NCBI GenBank assembly: GCA_020444505.1
Contig: JAHLKU010000004.1
Span: forward strand, 13,885 to 77,884
Source: Actinomycetota bacterium
GTDB taxonomy: Bacteria > Actinomycetota > Acidimicrobiia > Spongiisociales > UBA11373
Direction: 5' to 3'
DNA length: 64,000 nucleotides
How positions within the stretch are numbered: position 1 is the first letter of the stretch; the number at the start of each line of letters is the position of its first letter. Positions 12,321 through 22,234 of the stretch are shown in pieces. The notes beneath the pieces were generated by a model. It was not told where the DNA came from. It saw only the letters and a program-made list of their open reading frames with translations, and did no database searches. The translations under genes and the position numbers were made by a program.

Positions 12321-13373
12321 ATGTACGCACGGATCCAGGAGATCCTCGCCGACCAGGCCGAGTACCTGCTCGGCCACGAGAGCGAGACGGTCCCCAAGGA
12401 GCAACTCCACCTCCCCGGCCCCGACTTCGTCGATCGCGTCGTGGCCGCCAGCGACCGCAGCCCGGTGGTCCTCCGCAACCTGCAGTCGATGTTCGGCCAC
12501 GGCCGCCTGGCCGGGACCGGGTACCTCTCGATCCTGCCGGTGGACCAGGGCATCGAGCACGCCGCCGGGGCGTCCTTCGCCCCCAACCCGATCTACTTCG
12601 ACCCCGCCGCCATCGTCGAGCTGGCCATCGAGGGCGGCACCAACGCCGTGGCCTCCACGCTCGGCGTCCTCGGGGCGGTCTCCCGGCGGTACGCCCACCG
12701 CATCCCGTTCATCCTCAAGTTCAACCACAACGAGTTGCTGACGACGCCCAACACCTACGACCAGGTGATGTTCGGCTCCATCGACCAGGCGTTCGACATG
12801 GGGGCGGTCGGCGTGGGCGCCACCATCTACTGGGGCTCCGAGGAGTCCAACCGGCAGCTGCAGGAAGTGGGGGCCGCGTTCGAGAAGGCCCACCAGCTGG
12901 GCATGTTCACGGTGCTGTGGTGCTACCTGCGCAACCCGGAGTTCAAGGTGGACGGCACCGACTACCACGCCTCGGCGGACCTGACCGGCCAGGCCAACCA
13001 CCTCGGCGTCACCCTCGAGGCCGACATCATCAAGCAGAAGCTGCCGACCAACAACGGCGGGTACCCGGCCATCAAGGCAGGCAAGACCCACGACAAGGTC
13101 TACAGCGAGCTGACCACCGACCACCCGATCGACCTCACCCGGTACCAGGTGGTCAACAACTACATGGGCCGCTCCCCGCTCATCAACTCGGGCGGGGCGT
13201 CGGGCACCAACGACCTGCAGGACGCGGTCGCCACGGCCGTCATCAACAAGCGGGCGGGCGGCGCCGGGCTCATCAGCGGCCGCAAGGCCTTCCAGAAGCC
13301 GATGGACGAGGGGATCGCCATCCTCAACGCCATCCAGGACGTGTATCTCTGCGACGACGTGACCGTCGCCTGA
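12321..13373 (+). CDS. fbaB: class I fructose-bisphosphate aldolase (FbaB/DhnA type)
   Basis: Near-colinear with E. coli FbaB ([37 protein letters not shown]; [12 protein letters not shown]; [22 protein letters not shown]). ATG at 12321 preceded by AGGAGG. Confidence 0.85.
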   Translation: MYARIQEILADQAEYLLGHESETVPKEQLHLPGPDFVDRVVAASDRSPVVLRNLQSMFGHGRLAGTGYLSILPVDQGIEHAAGASFAPNPIYFDPAAIVELAIEGGTNAVASTLGVLGAVSRRYAHRIPFILKFNHNELLTTPNTYDQVMFGSIDQAFDMGAVGVGATIYWGSEESNRQLQEVGAAFEKAHQLGMFTVLWCYLRNPEFKVDGTDYHASADLTGQANHLGVTLEADIIKQKLPTNNGGYPAIKAGKTHDKVYSELTTDHPIDLTRYQVVNNYMGRSPLINSGGASGTNDLQDAVATAVINKRAGGAGLISGRKAFQKPMDEGIAILNAIQDVYLCDDVTVA

Positions 13374-13384
13374 GGGGAGGCAGC

Positions 13385-14533
13385 ATGCGCATCGGCATCC
13401 TCACCGGCGGCGGCGACGTCCCCGGGCTCAACCCCGCGATCAAAGCGGTCGTCCAGCGCGCCACCGAACGGGGCGACCACGAGGTGATCGGCCTGCGGCG
13501 CGGCTGGGCGGGCCTCCTGTACGCCAACCCCGACGACCCTGCGTCGCTCCAGGAGTTCACCCAGCCCATGGACCGGGCGTGGGTGCGGACCATCGACCGC
13601 TCCGGCGGCACGGTGCTGCACTCCTCGCGCACGCACCCGGGGAAGGTGAGGCCCGAGGCCGTCCCCGACTTCCTGGAGGTCCCCGAGGGCGACCCGCCCT
13701 ACGACTTCACCGCCCACGCGCTCGAGGTGCTGGAGGCGATCGGCATCGACGTGCTGATCCCCATCGGTGGCGACGACACCCTGTCGTACGGCCTCCGCCT
13801 CCACAACGAGGGCGTGCCGGTGATCGCCATCCCCAAGACCATGGACAACGACGTCCACGGCACCGACTACTGCATCGGGTTCTCGACCGCGGTCACCCGC
13901 GGCGTCCAGTTCGTCCATGCCCTGCGCACCAGCACCGGCTCGCACGAGCGGATCGCCGTGGTGGAGTTGTTCGGCCGCTACAGCGGCGAGACGTCGCTGA
14001 TCACCGCCTACCTGGCGGGCGCCGATCGCGCCGTGATCTCGGAGGTGCCGGTGGACGTCGAGCGCCTCGCCGACTACCTGATGGCAGACCGCAGGGCCAA
14101 CCCGAGCAACTACGCCATCGTCACCATCTCCGAGGGCGCCATCCTCGAGGGTGGGGAGATGCACCTCAGCGGCGAGGAGGACGCCTACGGGCACCGCAAG
14201 CTGGGCGGTATCGGGGTCACGCTGGGGGCGATGCTCAAGGACATCACCGGCATCAACATCATCAACCAGACGGCCGGCTACCTGGTCCGCTCCGGCGCCC
14301 CCGACTCGCTGGACCTGATGGTGGCGAACAACTACGCGATGATGGCCGCGGACCTGGCGCTCGAGGGCCTGTCCGGCCGGATGGTGGCACTACGCAGCGG
14401 CACGTACACCAACGTCCCGATCTCGGTGACCGGAGAGGGCGTCAAGCGGGTGGACGTCGATGAGCTGTACGAGGCCACCGAGTACCGGCCCAAGGTCCGC
14501 CACGTGGGCGGGAAGCCGATGTTCCTGTACTAG
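13385..14533 (+). CDS. pfp: 6-phosphofructokinase, PPi-dependent type (GGDD signature)
   Basis: [19 protein letters not shown]; [10 protein letters not shown] (Asp at the E. coli Gly104 position); PKTMDNDV (Lys at the Gly124 position). RBS GAGGGGAGG upstream. Confidence 0.8.
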   Translation: MRIGILTGGGDVPGLNPAIKAVVQRATERGDHEVIGLRRGWAGLLYANPDDPASLQEFTQPMDRAWVRTIDRSGGTVLHSSRTHPGKVRPEAVPDFLEVPEGDPPYDFTAHALEVLEAIGIDVLIPIGGDDTLSYGLRLHNEGVPVIAIPKTMDNDVHGTDYCIGFSTAVTRGVQFVHALRTSTGSHERIAVVELFGRYSGETSLITAYLAGADRAVISEVPVDVERLADYLMADRRANPSNYAIVTISEGAILEGGEMHLSGEEDAYGHRKLGGIGVTLGAMLKDITGINIINQTAGYLVRSGAPDSLDLMVANNYAMMAADLALEGLSGRMVALRSGTYTNVPISVTGEGVKRVDVDELYEATEYRPKVRHVGGKPMFLY

Positions 14534-14606
14534 GCCTGCGGCAGCCGGCGCGTGCGGCGGGCACGGCCCGTCGAGGGACAACCGACAGCGACCGAGGAGC
14601 GACGAG

Positions 14607-15626
14607 ATGAGCGTGATCGGAGTGCTCACGGCCGGCGGGGACTGCCCCGGCCTGAACGCCGTCATCAGAGGCGTGGTGTCCCGGGCCCACGACACCTACG
14701 GCGCAGAGGTCGTCGGCATCATGAACGGCTGGGAAGGCCTCATGGATGGGGACGCTCGCCTGCTCGAGCGGCGCGACGTCCGCGGCATCCTGGTGCGCGG
14801 CGGCACCATCCTCGGCACCTCGCGCAAGGACCCCTACGTCCACGGCGACGGCTTCGCCAGCGTCTCGCGGACGCTGGAGTCCCACGACATCGACACCCTG
14901 GTGGTCATCGGAGGCGACGGGACGCTCCGCACCGCCCTCAAGCTGGTGGACGAGGGCGTGAAGGTGATCGGGGTCCCCAAGACCATCGACAACGACATCG
15001 CCGCCACCGACTTCACGTTCGGGTTCGACACGGCGGTGCAGATCGTCACCGACGCCATCGACCGGCTCACCACCACCGCCGAGGCCCACGACCGGGTCAT
15101 CCTGGTGGAGGTGATGGGCCGCACCAAGGGGTGGATCGCCACCTACTCGGGCATCGCGGGGGGCGCCGAGGCGATCCTGATCCCCGAGGTCCCCTTCGAC
15201 CTGGAGGAGGTCGCCGGCATCATCCGCCGCCGCCACCGGCGCGGCAAGGACTACTCGATCGTGGTGGTCGCCGAGGGGGTGGAGCCGCCGATCAAGACGG
15301 AGAAGCCCAAGGACGCGTTCGGGTTCGAGCGCCTCGGCGGCGTGGCCTACCAGTTGGCCCCCGTGATCGAGGAGCTGACCGGGTTCGAGACCCGGGTCAC
15401 GGTGCTCGGCCACCTGCAACGCGGCGGCACGCCCACCGCCTTCGACCGGGTGCTGGCCACTCGGCTCGGCACCAAGGCCGCCGACCTCGCCGCCGCCGGG
15501 GAGTCGGGTGTGATGGTGGCCATGCGGGGAGCGCAGATCGTGCCCGTGCCGCTGGCCGAGGCGTGCGCCGACATCAGAGGCGTCGACGACGACCTGTTCG
15601 ACGTGGCCAGGACCTTCTTCGGGTAG
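14607..15626 (+). CDS. pfkA: 6-phosphofructokinase, ATP-dependent actinobacterial type
   Basis: MSVIGVLTAGGDCPGLNAVIRG; VIGGDGTLRTA (GGDG); PKTIDNDI; 339 aa. Confidence 0.85.
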   Translation: MSVIGVLTAGGDCPGLNAVIRGVVSRAHDTYGAEVVGIMNGWEGLMDGDARLLERRDVRGILVRGGTILGTSRKDPYVHGDGFASVSRTLESHDIDTLVVIGGDGTLRTALKLVDEGVKVIGVPKTIDNDIAATDFTFGFDTAVQIVTDAIDRLTTTAEAHDRVILVEVMGRTKGWIATYSGIAGGAEAILIPEVPFDLEEVAGIIRRRHRRGKDYSIVVVAEGVEPPIKTEKPKDAFGFERLGGVAYQLAPVIEELTGFETRVTVLGHLQRGGTPTAFDRVLATRLGTKAADLAAAGESGVMVAMRGAQIVPVPLAEACADIRGVDDDLFDVARTFFG

Positions 15627-15643
15627 GCGCCCCTCCCGAGGGC

Positions 15644-16558
15644 CTACGTGAGGCTCCCGCGCGTCGGGGGCCCCAGACCATCGAGCACCCCAACCAGATC
15701 CCCCGGCAGCGGCGACGCCACGTCCACCGGGGCCCCGGTCACCGGGTGGGTGAACGCCAGGCGGGCGGCGTGGAGCCATACCCGCCCGAACCCGTCGCCC
15801 CCGCGCCCGTAGGCGGGGTCGCCGGCCAGGGGGTGGCCGATCGAGGCGCAGTGCACCCGGATCTGGTGGGTGCGGCCGGTCTCCAGCGTCACCTCCAGCA
15901 GGGTCAGGGCCGGCCGCTCCCACTCCGCCATCCAGCGGTAGTGGGTCCGGGAGGGCCGCCCCGCCGGGTCCACGCGGAAACGGGTGGGGTGGCGGGGATC
16001 GCGTCCCAGCGGGGCGTCGATCGTGCCCGTGGGGGGCACGCCGGTGCCGTGGACGAGCGCCAGATAGGTGCGCGCCACCGCGCGCTCGCCGATCGCCCTC
16101 CTCAGCCCCGCATGAGCGGCCGCGTCGAGGGCCACCGCCAGCAGCCCGGACGTGTCCCTGTCGAGCCGGTGGACGATCCCCCACCGCCCGTCGTCGCCGA
16201 CCCCCTCCACGGACGGCCACCGGTGCAGGATGCCGGCCGCCAGGGTCCCGCTGCGGCTCCCCGCGCCGGGGTGCACCACCACGCCGGGGGGCTTGTCCAC
16301 CACGGCGAGGTGCTGGTCCTCGTACCGGACCTCGAACGGCACCTCCTCCGGCTCCAGCAGCGGCGCCGGGTCGGGGATCTCGAGGTCGAGCACGGCACCG
16401 GCCGCCATGCGATCGCGTGGAGCGGCGGGCTCGCCGTCCACCAGGGCGTGGCCTCCGAGCAGCATCTGCTTGGCGACCGCCCGGCTCACCTCCGCCACCC
16501 GGGCCACCACGAGGTCGGCCCGCTCCCCGTCGAGGTCGGCGGGGACGGTGGCCCTCAT
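15644..16558 (-). CDS. rluD: RluA-family 23S rRNA pseudouridine synthase (RluD-like)
   Basis: S4 domain followed by HRLDRDTSGLL catalytic motif and TGRTHQIRVH. Start MRATVPADLDGERAD overlaps the lspA stop (ATGA). Confidence 0.85.
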   Translation of the reverse strand: MRATVPADLDGERADLVVARVAEVSRAVAKQMLLGGHALVDGEPAAPRDRMAAGAVLDLEIPDPAPLLEPEEVPFEVRYEDQHLAVVDKPPGVVVHPGAGSRSGTLAAGILHRWPSVEGVGDDGRWGIVHRLDRDTSGLLAVALDAAAHAGLRRAIGERAVARTYLALVHGTGVPPTGTIDAPLGRDPRHPTRFRVDPAGRPSRTHYRWMAEWERPALTLLEVTLETGRTHQIRVHCASIGHPLAGDPAYGRGGDGFGRVWLHAARLAFTHPVTGAPVDVASPLPGDLVGVLDGLGPPTRGSLT

Positions 16559-17031
16559 CGCTGCCGGAACGCCAGCAGCACCGCCAGGGCCGCCCCGATG
16601 GTGATCGCGCTGTCGGCGACGTTGAACGCCGGGAAGAACGAGAAGTCCACGAAGTCGATCACCTTGCCGTCGAGGATGCCCGGCCCCCGGAACAGCCGGT
16701 CGAGCAGGTTGCCGAGCGCGCCGCCCAGCACCAGCCCGAGGGCGGCCGCTTCCCACCGCGATGAGAGCCTGGCCACCAGCACGACGATCAGGGCGACCGC
16801 CCCGATGGCGATGAGGGCGATCACCGCCCCCGCGCCCTGGAACAGCGAGAACGACGATCCCGGGTTCTCGATGAGCCGGAGCTGGAAGAAGCCGTCCACC
16901 ACCACGACCGGCCCGTCCGACAGGGTGCGGACGACGATCCACTTGGTCAGCTGGTCGAGGGCGACGATCGCACCGGCGACCAGGAACCCGAGGTCGCGGG
17001 GCTTCAGCGAGAGGCTGCGCACTCGACGCAC
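16555..17031 (-). CDS. lspA: lipoprotein signal peptidase (signal peptidase II)
   Basis: 4-TM protein with LspA motifs (ENPGSSFSL; FPAFNVADSAITIGA). Conserved lspA-rluD pairing. Confidence 0.85.
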   Translation of the reverse strand: MRRVRSLSLKPRDLGFLVAGAIVALDQLTKWIVVRTLSDGPVVVVDGFFQLRLIENPGSSFSLFQGAGAVIALIAIGAVALIVVLVARLSSRWEAAALGLVLGGALGNLLDRLFRGPGILDGKVIDFVDFSFFPAFNVADSAITIGAALAVLLAFRQR

Positions 17032-17375
17032 CGGGTGGCGTACGGCAGTGCGTCGAGCCTGGCGACCGGGATCGCCTCCCCACAGTCGTCGCAGATGCCG
17101 TAGGTCCCCGCCTCGATGGCCTCGAGTGCCTGATCGACCTTGTCGAGCAGGTCCCGGGCGTTCTGGGCGATGGAGAGCTCCTTCTCCATCTCGAATACCA
17201 GCGATCCGCCCTCGGCCGTGTTGGGATCGGGGCTGCGCTCGGACGACGTCTCCGAGAGCCTGATCTCCTCACGGTCCTCGTCGATCTCGCGGATGACCAC
17301 GTCGAGTTGCTCTCGCTCTGCGACAAGACGCTTCTTCAGGCGCTTGACCGTGGATGCGGCAAGGGTCCGGGGCAC
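17004..17375 (-). CDS. DksA/TraR family C4-type zinc-finger protein
   Basis: C-terminal CDDCGEAIPVARLDALPYATRCVECAASR four-Cys finger after a coiled-coil region. Confidence 0.75.
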   Translation of the reverse strand: MPRTLAASTVKRLKKRLVAEREQLDVVIREIDEDREEIRLSETSSERSPDPNTAEGGSLVFEMEKELSIAQNARDLLDKVDQALEAIEAGTYGICDDCGEAIPVARLDALPYATRCVECAASR

Positions 17376-17440
17376 AACTACCTCCTACGGACCGGCGAAT
17401 CTAGCAGGCTCCCGCTCGCAGACGAACGTTTCCGCCCGGA

Positions 17441-17749
17441 TCACACGGGGACGCCGCTGCGGCGCAGCGCTGCGGCCGCCCCTGCGGCGTCCACCCCCGC
17501 CACCAGCACCACCTTGCGCCGGGACGACGCGCCCTTCCCGACCGTGCCCCGCCGGCCGCCCGCGGCCGCCGCGAGGAGCCGCGCCGCTTCGCGATTCGCC
17601 TTCCCTCCCTCGGGCGGCGACGCCACCCGCACCCGCACCGCGCCGTCGTGGAGGCCGTCCACACCGGGGCGGCTCGAGCCCGGCACCACCCAGGCGTCGA
17701 TCTCGACGCCGCCGTCGACGGAGCGGATGGGGGAGGTCGCAGGGGCCAT
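17441..17749 (-). CDS. DUF167 (YggU/UPF0235) family protein
   Basis: Small protein with the characteristic EGGKAN motif. Confidence 0.6.
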   Translation of the reverse strand: MAPATSPIRSVDGGVEIDAWVVPGSSRPGVDGLHDGAVRVRVASPPEGGKANREAARLLAAAAGGRRGTVGKGASSRRKVVLVAGVDAAGAAAALRRSGVPV

Positions 17750-17824
17750 CGGGAGGAGGGTAGGCCGCCGCCGGCGCCTTGGACGCCCCCGGCGGCGGGT
17801 GTACGATCCTGCGCCACGGCGCTG

Positions 17825-18055
17825 ATGGGGACGCGCCTCACCGGGCCGGGCGGGCCCGAGCGAGCCGGCGATGGTGTGAGGCCGGCGCCCGCCCCCGGGA
17901 GGACATCACCCCGGAGCCGCGGGAAGAACGGCCACGTGCCCACTAGACCCCGCCGGCCTCCCCACGAGACGGGGCAATGAAGCGGCCGCCGCTCGGCGGC
18001 AAGCCGGGTGGTACCGCGGGCCCGCCCGTCCCGGCGGCACGACCGGCCGACCGAG
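17825..18055 (+). ncRNA. T-box riboswitch leader controlling ileS (putative Ile specifier AUC)
   Basis: Highly conserved T-box sequence GGGTGGTACCGCGG at about 18006..18019, about 45 nt upstream of the ileS ATG. GC-rich stem-forming region upstream with ATC in GGAGGACATCACC (about 17899..17911) as a candidate specifier. Boundaries approximate. Confidence 0.6.
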
Positions 18056-18061
18056 GACGCC

Positions 18062-21000
18062 ATGGCACCCGAATCCACCCCCTTCGAGCGAGTCCCCCCC
18101 GCCGTCGACTTCCCCGCGCAGGAGCGGGAGATCCTCGACCTGTGGGACCGGCTCGACGCCTTCGGCACCTCGGTCGAGATGCGCGACCCGCACACCGAGT
18201 TCACCTTCTACGACGGCCCGCCCTTCCCCACCGGGAGCCCGCACTACGGCAACCTGCTCGCCGGTGTCCTCAAGGACATCGTGCCCCGCTACTGGACCAT
18301 GCGGGGCCACCGGGTGGAGCGCCGCTTCGGGTGGGACACCCACGGCCTCCCCATCGAGATGGAGGTGCAGAACGAGCTCGGCCTGTCCGGCCCCGCCGAG
18401 ATCGAGGCCTACGGGGTCGCCGCCTTCAACGAGGCCTGCCGGGCCAGGGTCATGGCCAACACCGAGGTGTGGGAGGCGATCACCCGCCGTATCGGGCGCT
18501 GGGTGGACTTCGAGAACGACTACTCCACCATGGACGTCGACTTCATGGAGTCGGTGTGGTGGGTGTTCCGCCAGTTGTGGGACCGGGACCTGATCTACCG
18601 CGACTTCAAGGTGCTCCCCTACTCGTTCGGGGCCGCCACCCCGCTCTCCAACTTCGAGGTGAACCTGGGCGCCTACCGGGACGTCGAGGACCCCTCGATC
18701 ACGGTGCGCCTGCGGGTGACGGAGGGCGCCGGGCCGGTGGAGCCGGGCGACTTCCTGCTGGTGTGGACCACCACTCCGTGGACGATGCCCTCCAACCTGG
18801 GCGTGGCGGTGGGCCCCGGCATCCGGTACGTGCGGGTGGACGGAGACCTCGACGGGCACGAGGGCCGCTACTGGATCGCCGCCGAGCGGGTGGAGGCCTA
18901 TTGGCCGGACGGCGCCGCGGCGGCGGCCGAGGCCGCCGGCGCCGACCTGCTGGGCACCCGCTACGCCCCGGTGTTCGGCCACTTCGCCGACAGGGCCGCC
19001 GACGGCGCCTTCGTGGTCATCCCCAGCGAGGAGACCACCACCGAGGACGGCACCGGCCTGGTCCACATGGCCCCCGCCTACGGCGAGGAGGACTTCCTGG
19101 CGTTCCAGGCCGCCGGCATCGACGTGCTGGTCGACCCGGTGGACGCCGAGGGCCGGTTCACGGCCGAGGTGCCCGAGGTGGCCGGGGTGAACGTGAAGGA
19201 CGCCGACCCGGCCCTGATCGACCTGATGCGCCGCTCGGGGGCGCTGGTGCGCAGCGGACGCATCGTGCACTCCTACCCGTACTGCTGGCGCACCGACACG
19301 CCGCTCATCTACAAGGCCATCCCCACCTGGTTCGTGCGGGTGGAACGGCTGCGCGACCGCATGGCGGAGTTGAACCGCAGCATCCACTGGGTGCCGGAGC
19401 GCATCGGGACCCGGAGGTTCGGCAACTGGCTGGAGCAGGCCCGCGACTGGGCCATCAGCCGCAACCGCTTCTGGGGCTCCTGCATCCCGGTGTGGGAGTG
19501 CGAGGCCTGCGGGGCCCAGGTGTGCATCGGCTCCCGGGACGAACTGCAGGAGCGCTCGGGGACGCGCCCCGACGACCTCCACAAGCACTACGTGGACGCC
19601 ATCACCATGCCGTGCGAGGCGTGCGGCGGGCAGATGCGGCGGGTGCCCGAGGTGCTCGACGTCTGGTTCGAGTCCGGGGCCATGCCCTACGGCCAGCACC
19701 ACTACCCGTTCGACGACCCGGAGGCGTTCGAGCGCAAGTTCCCCGCCGACTACATCGCCGAAGGGCTCGATCAGACCCGCGGGTGGTTCTACACCCTGGT
19801 GGTCCACGCCGCCGCGATCTTCGACACCGTCCCGTTCCAGAACTGCGTGGTCAACGGGATGATCCTGGCCGAGGACGGCCGCAAGATGTCCAAGAGCCTC
19901 AAGAACTACCCGGACCCGTTCGGGCTCATCGACGGGTACGGGGCCGACGCGGTGCGCACCTACCTCATCAACTCCCCCGTGGTCCGGGCCGAGCCTCTCC
20001 GGTTCCAGGAATCGGGAGTGCGCGACGTGGTCCGCACCGTGCTGCTGCCGTTCTGGAACGCCTACTCGTTCTTCACCACGTACGCCGCGGCCGACGGCCT
20101 CACGGTGGAGGGCCTCGGCGCCGCACCCTCCCCGGGAGACCGCCCCGAGATCGACCGCTGGATCCTCTCGGTGCTGCAGAGCCTGATCAAGCGGGTCAAC
20201 GAGGAGATGGAGGGCTACTACCTCTACAACGTCATCCCGCCGCTGATCGAGTTCGTGGACGACCTCACCAACTGGTACATCCGGCGCAGCCGGAGGCGCT
20301 TCTGGCGCCAGCGCGGCGAGGACGAGCAGGACACGCTGGCGGCGTTCGCCACCCTCTACGAGGTGCTGGTGACGTTCTCCCAGTTGATGGCGCCGGTGCT
20401 GCCGTTCGTGACCGAGGCGATGTACCAGGGACTGGTCGTGGCCCGCCGCCCGGCCGGCGAGGAGGGGCCGCAGAGCGTCCACCACTGCGACTACCCCGAG
20501 GCCGACACGGCGCTGATCGACGCGTCGCTCGAGGCGGACATGGCGGTGGCCAGGTCGGTGGTCTCGCTGGGACGTGCGTTGCGCACCCAGGCCAGGCTCC
20601 GGGTGCGCCAGCCCCTGGCAGGGGCCGTAGTCGTGAGCCACGACGATGCGGTCAGGGCCGCCGTCGAGGGCCACGCGGACCTCATCGCCGATGAGTTGAA
20701 CCTGAAGGAGGTCGCCACCTCCGCCGACGAGCAGGCCCACGCCCACCTGCGGGCCAAGGCCAACTTCCGGGCGCTCGGCCCCCGCTTCGGGCCCCGCATG
20801 AAGGAGGCGGCGGCCGCCATCGAGGCACTCGACGCCGATGCCGTCGCCGGCGTCATCGACGGCGGGACGGTGGAGGTGCTGGGCGAGGCCCTCGGCCTCG
20901 ACGACCTGGTGGTGAGCCGGGAGCCCCGCGCCGGGGTGGTCGTCGCCTCCGACGAGCGGCTCTCGGTGGCGCTCGACACGGCGCTGACCCCGGCGCTGGA

Positions 21001-21250
21001 GCGAGAGGGACTGGCCCGAGAGGTCGTGAAGGTGGTGCAGGGACTGCGGAGGGACGCCGACTTCGACGTCACCGATCGGGTCCTGGTGCGCTGGGACACC
21101 GACGACGAGGCGCTCGCCGCCGCCGTCGAGGAGCACGCCGCCTGGATCGCCGGAGAGGTGCTGGCTGCGTCGCTGGAACGGGGCGCCACCGCGGCCGCCG
21201 AGGCCGACGTGGCGGGCTCGGCCCTGCGGCTGGAGGTGACGCGGGCCTAG
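18062..21250 (+). CDS. ileS: isoleucyl-tRNA synthetase (type 2, eukaryote-like)
   Basis: 1062 aa; PFPTGSPHYGNLLAG (HIGH-like), KMSKS present; type-2 N-terminal architecture. Confidence 0.95.
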   Translation: MAPESTPFERVPPAVDFPAQEREILDLWDRLDAFGTSVEMRDPHTEFTFYDGPPFPTGSPHYGNLLAGVLKDIVPRYWTMRGHRVERRFGWDTHGLPIEMEVQNELGLSGPAEIEAYGVAAFNEACRARVMANTEVWEAITRRIGRWVDFENDYSTMDVDFMESVWWVFRQLWDRDLIYRDFKVLPYSFGAATPLSNFEVNLGAYRDVEDPSITVRLRVTEGAGPVEPGDFLLVWTTTPWTMPSNLGVAVGPGIRYVRVDGDLDGHEGRYWIAAERVEAYWPDGAAAAAEAAGADLLGTRYAPVFGHFADRAADGAFVVIPSEETTTEDGTGLVHMAPAYGEEDFLAFQAAGIDVLVDPVDAEGRFTAEVPEVAGVNVKDADPALIDLMRRSGALVRSGRIVHSYPYCWRTDTPLIYKAIPTWFVRVERLRDRMAELNRSIHWVPERIGTRRFGNWLEQARDWAISRNRFWGSCIPVWECEACGAQVCIGSRDELQERSGTRPDDLHKHYVDAITMPCEACGGQMRRVPEVLDVWFESGAMPYGQHHYPFDDPEAFERKFPADYIAEGLDQTRGWFYTLVVHAAAIFDTVPFQNCVVNGMILAEDGRKMSKSLKNYPDPFGLIDGYGADAVRTYLINSPVVRAEPLRFQESGVRDVVRTVLLPFWNAYSFFTTYAAADGLTVEGLGAAPSPGDRPEIDRWILSVLQSLIKRVNEEMEGYYLYNVIPPLIEFVDDLTNWYIRRSRRRFWRQRGEDEQDTLAAFATLYEVLVTFSQLMAPVLPFVTEAMYQGLVVARRPAGEEGPQSVHHCDYPEADTALIDASLEADMAVARSVVSLGRALRTQARLRVRQPLAGAVVVSHDDAVRAAVEGHADLIADELNLKEVATSADEQAHAHLRAKANFRALGPRFGPRMKEAAAAIEALDADAVAGVIDGGTVEVLGEALGLDDLVVSREPRAGVVVASDERLSVALDTALTPALEREGLAREVVKVVQGLRRDADFDVTDRVLVRWDTDDEALAAAVEEHAAWIAGEVLAASLERGATAAAEADVAGSALRLEVTRA

Positions 21251-21257
21251 GCCGCGC

Positions 21258-21518
21258 TCACAGGCAGACGATCCCCGACAGGATCCACAGGCCCACCAGC
21301 AGCACCATCGGCGACAGGTCGATGGCGACGCCGCCGGTGCGGAGCGGGGGGATCAGCCGGCGCAGCGGCCGCAGCACCGGATCGGTCAGGCGCCGCAGCA
21401 CCCAGCGGGCCCTGGCCACCGGGTGCTCGTCGCCGGACACGTGCACCCACTCCAGCACGATGCGCGCCACGACGACCAGCCAGAACACCTGCAGCGCGAC
21501 GCAGACGACCCTCGACAC
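21258..21518 (-). CDS. yggT: YggT family membrane protein
   Basis: Small 2-TM protein in the conserved position downstream of sepF. Confidence 0.7.
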   Translation of the reverse strand: MSRVVCVALQVFWLVVVARIVLEWVHVSGDEHPVARARWVLRRLTDPVLRPLRRLIPPLRTGGVAIDLSPMVLLVGLWILSGIVCL

Positions 21519-21524
21519 CCCGGC

Positions 21525-22229
21525 TCAGCCCTCCGAGGCCTGGTAGTACCCGAGGTCGGCGAGCCGAGCCCGCTCGTCCCGGGTGATGTTGACGTTGGCC
21601 GGCGTCACCAGGATGACGCCCTGGCCGATCTTGCGCATGGAGCCCCCGAGCGCATAGGTGAGGCCGCTGGCGAAGTCCACCAGGCGGCGCACCATGGCCG
21701 GTTCGACCTTGCGGAGGTCCAGCACCACGGCGGTGGCGGCGCGGATGTGGTCGGCGAGCGCCTGCGCGTCCGAGTAGCTCTTGGCGACGATGATCTCGGA
21801 CTGCAGGTCGGAGTCGGAGATGGTCCGCACCGTCGGGCTGTCCCCGCCGGTAACGATGACCCCGGCCTCGGCGAGCGCCTGGTCCGGCGCGGTGCGGCGC
21901 CGGGTGGTGAGCGGCGGCTCCACACGCCGGCCGGTGACGCCCTGGCCGGTCCTGCTGGGGGGCCTGGCCTCCTCGCCGTACCCACCCGAGCGCCGTTGCG
22001 CGTCGGGGATGCGGCGCTGCGGGGCGGGCTCGGGCAGCGCGCCTCCGCCGTACCCCGGGTCGGTGTGGCCGCGGGCGGCCGGAGCCGGTTCGGGCGGCAT
22101 CTGGCGGTCATAGCCCTCGGAGGCGTACCCGCGCTCGGAGTAGCCGCGCGCGGGAGACTCGTAGGGCTGGGCTTCGTCCTCGTCCACCAGCCCCAGGTAG
22201 AACAACGTCTTCTGCCACAAACTCGCCAT
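21525..22229 (-). CDS. sepF: cell division protein SepF
   Basis: MASLWQKTLFYLGLV N-terminus, low-complexity linker, C-terminal SepF domain (IVAKSYSDAQALADHIRAATAVVLDL). Confidence 0.85.
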   Translation of the reverse strand: MASLWQKTLFYLGLVDEDEAQPYESPARGYSERGYASEGYDRQMPPEPAPAARGHTDPGYGGGALPEPAPQRRIPDAQRRSGGYGEEARPPSRTGQGVTGRRVEPPLTTRRRTAPDQALAEAGVIVTGGDSPTVRTISDSDLQSEIIVAKSYSDAQALADHIRAATAVVLDLRKVEPAMVRRLVDFASGLTYALGGSMRKIGQGVILVTPANVNITRDERARLADLGYYQASEG

Positions 22230-22234
22230 GGATC

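Noticed and set aside
15627-15646. Possible terminator hairpin CCCTCCCGAGGG after pfkA
   Set aside because: The stem would have a 2-nt loop and no U-tract; it also overlaps the convergent rluD stop, so it is not convincing.
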